NCBI GenBank assembly: GCA_035543335.1
Contig: DASZZH010000028.1
Coordinates: 16,392-80,391, forward strand
Reading direction: 5' to 3'
Source of the DNA: Burkholderiales bacterium
Lineage (GTDB): Bacteria; Pseudomonadota; Gammaproteobacteria; Burkholderiales; JAHFRG01
DNA: 64,000 bases
This document shows, one piece after another, positions 62,883 through 64,000 of this stretch. Below the pieces are notes generated by a model. It was given only the letters and a program-made list of their open reading frames with translations. It made no database searches and was not told where the DNA came from. How positions within the stretch are numbered: position 1 is the stretch's first letter; each line of letters opens with the position of its first letter. The position numbers and the translations under genes were made by a program.

Positions 62883-64000
62883 GCGGCTTCGCGCGAAGCC
62901 CGTTTGCGCTCGTTTTCTTTCAAATGGCGCTTGCGGATGCGGATGGTTTGGGGGGTGATTTCCACCAGTTCGTCGTCAGCGATAAACTCGACGGCCCGCT
63001 CCAAGGTAAGCGCAATCGGCGACGTGAGCATGATCGCTTCGTCCTTGCCGGCGGCGCGGATGTTGGTGAGCTGCTTGGTCTTGATCGGGTTCACCACCAG
63101 ATCGTTGTCCCGGCAGTGAATGCCGATCACCATGCCCTCGTACAGGCGGTTGCCGGGGCTCACGAACATGCGGCCCCGCTCCTGCAGTTTCCACAAAGCA
63201 TAAGCTACCGCTTCCCCCTGTTGCGCCGAAACCAGGGTGCCGTTGCGCCGATCGGGGATTTCCGGTTTCATCGGGGCGTAGCCGTCGAACACATGGCTTG
63301 AGATACCGGTGCCGCGGGTCATGGTCATGAAATCTGATTGGAAGCCGATCAGCCCTCGCGCCGGAATTCGGTAATCGAGGCGCACCCGGCCCCGGCCGTC
63401 GGGCGCCATGTCCTTAAGTTCGCCGCAGCGCTGCCCCAGGGCTTCCATGACCGCGCCCTGGTTGACCTCTTCCACATCCACCGTGAGCATTTCGAACGGC
63501 TCGCATTTCTCGCCGTTGATTTCCCGAATCACAACCCGCGGGCGGGACACCGCCAGTTCGTAACCTTCCCGGCGCATGTTTTCCAGCAGGATGGTGAGAT
63601 GCAATTCACCCCGCCCGGAGACCAGGAACACATCCGTGTCCGCAGTATCATCGACGCGCAACGCCACGTTGGTCAGCAACTCCTTGTGCAGCCGCTCGCG
63701 CAGTTGGCGGCTGGTCACGAATTTTCCTTCCTGTCCGGCATAGGGTGAAGTGTTGACTTGGAAATTCATGGTGAGCGTGGGTGCATCCACCGTCTGCAGA
63801 GGTAAGGCTTCCGGGTGTTCCGGGTCGGCGAGAGTCACGCCGATCCCGATTTCCTCGATGCCATTCACCAGTACGATGTCGCCGGGTTCCGCGATCTCCA
63901 TGGGCACGCGGGTCAAGCCCTGGAAGCACAGCACCTGGTTCACCCGCGCTTTTTTCGGCTCGTCATGACCGTTCAAAATAACAACGTCCTGGGCGGCCTT
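62879..64000 (-). CDS. typA: Translational GTPase TypA/BipA, C-terminal ~370 aa; gene continues beyond the window end
   Basis: ...[34 protein letters not shown]...; the reading frame is open upstream of the track's M at 63976. Confidence 0.9.
   Translation of the reverse strand, partial: KAAQDVVILNGHDEPKKARVNQVLCFQGLTRVPMEIAEPGDIVLVNGIEEIGIGVTLADPEHPEALPLQTVDAPTLTMNFQVNTSPYAGQEGKFVTSRQLRERLHKELLTNVALRVDDTADTDVFLVSGRGELHLTILLENMRREGYELAVSRPRVVIREINGEKCEPFEMLTVDVEEVNQGAVMEALGQRCGELKDMAPDGRGRVRLDYRIPARGLIGFQSDFMTMTRGTGISSHVFDGYAPMKPEIPDRRNGTLVSAQQGEAVAYALWKLQERGRMFVSPGNRLYEGMVIGIHCRDNDLVVNPIKTKQLTNIRAAGKDEAIMLTSPIALTLERAVEFIADDELVEITPQTIRIRKRHLKENERKRASREAA

Overview
64-kb chromosomal window from a GC-rich (roughly 58-60% by eye) Gram-negative genome. 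Gene content and order (glnA-DUF4124-ntrBC, pyrC'-pyrB-pyrR-ruvX-yqgE, waaC/waaA, rfbBACD) suggest a beta- or gammaproteobacterium; this is inference, not verified. Backbone genes: partial wzt plus wzm O-antigen exporter, rfbB/A/C/D, a WbpA-like sugar dehydrogenase, waaC, waaA, pcm, TPP riboswitch plus thiC, an SsuABC/TauABC-type importer, gst, uppP, MFS, CDGSH protein, rhodanese, glnA, ntrB/ntrC, xthA, prlC, pyrC'-pyrB-pyrR, ruvX, yqgE, IMPase, an internally deleted rsmE, isoaspartyl peptidase and partial typA. On top of this sits a very dense accessory layer: about 13 toxin-antitoxin (TA) pairs plus orphans and remnants, a type III R-M operon preceded by an uncharacterised 480-aa protein with a C-terminal PD-(D/E)xK-like motif, and several repeat families. 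The main point of interest is 18.0-39.6 kb, between thiC and a small membrane-protein gene. On the left it is partitioned by four decayed copies of a ThiC 3' end. On the right it is partitioned by five truncated copies of the promoter/5' end of the membrane-protein gene. Each interval holds a TA or defence module (the last holds an ABC importer), and no recombinase gene is visible in the window. I read this as either an att-site graveyard from serial integrations or a cassette-capture arrangement that I cannot assign to a described element type. Other signals: STRR-like heptanucleotide arrays (GGTRATG family) bracketing TA modules inside the rfb operon and lying in-frame inside rfbB; frameshift decay concentrated in accessory toxin genes; two fic genes with convergent, overlapping VbhA-like antitoxin ORFs; a PanA(DUF4065)/unknown-toxin pair; a TIR-flanked DUF559 unit. 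All homology statements come from reading translations by eye. No database search or alignment program was available, and percent identities are visual estimates.
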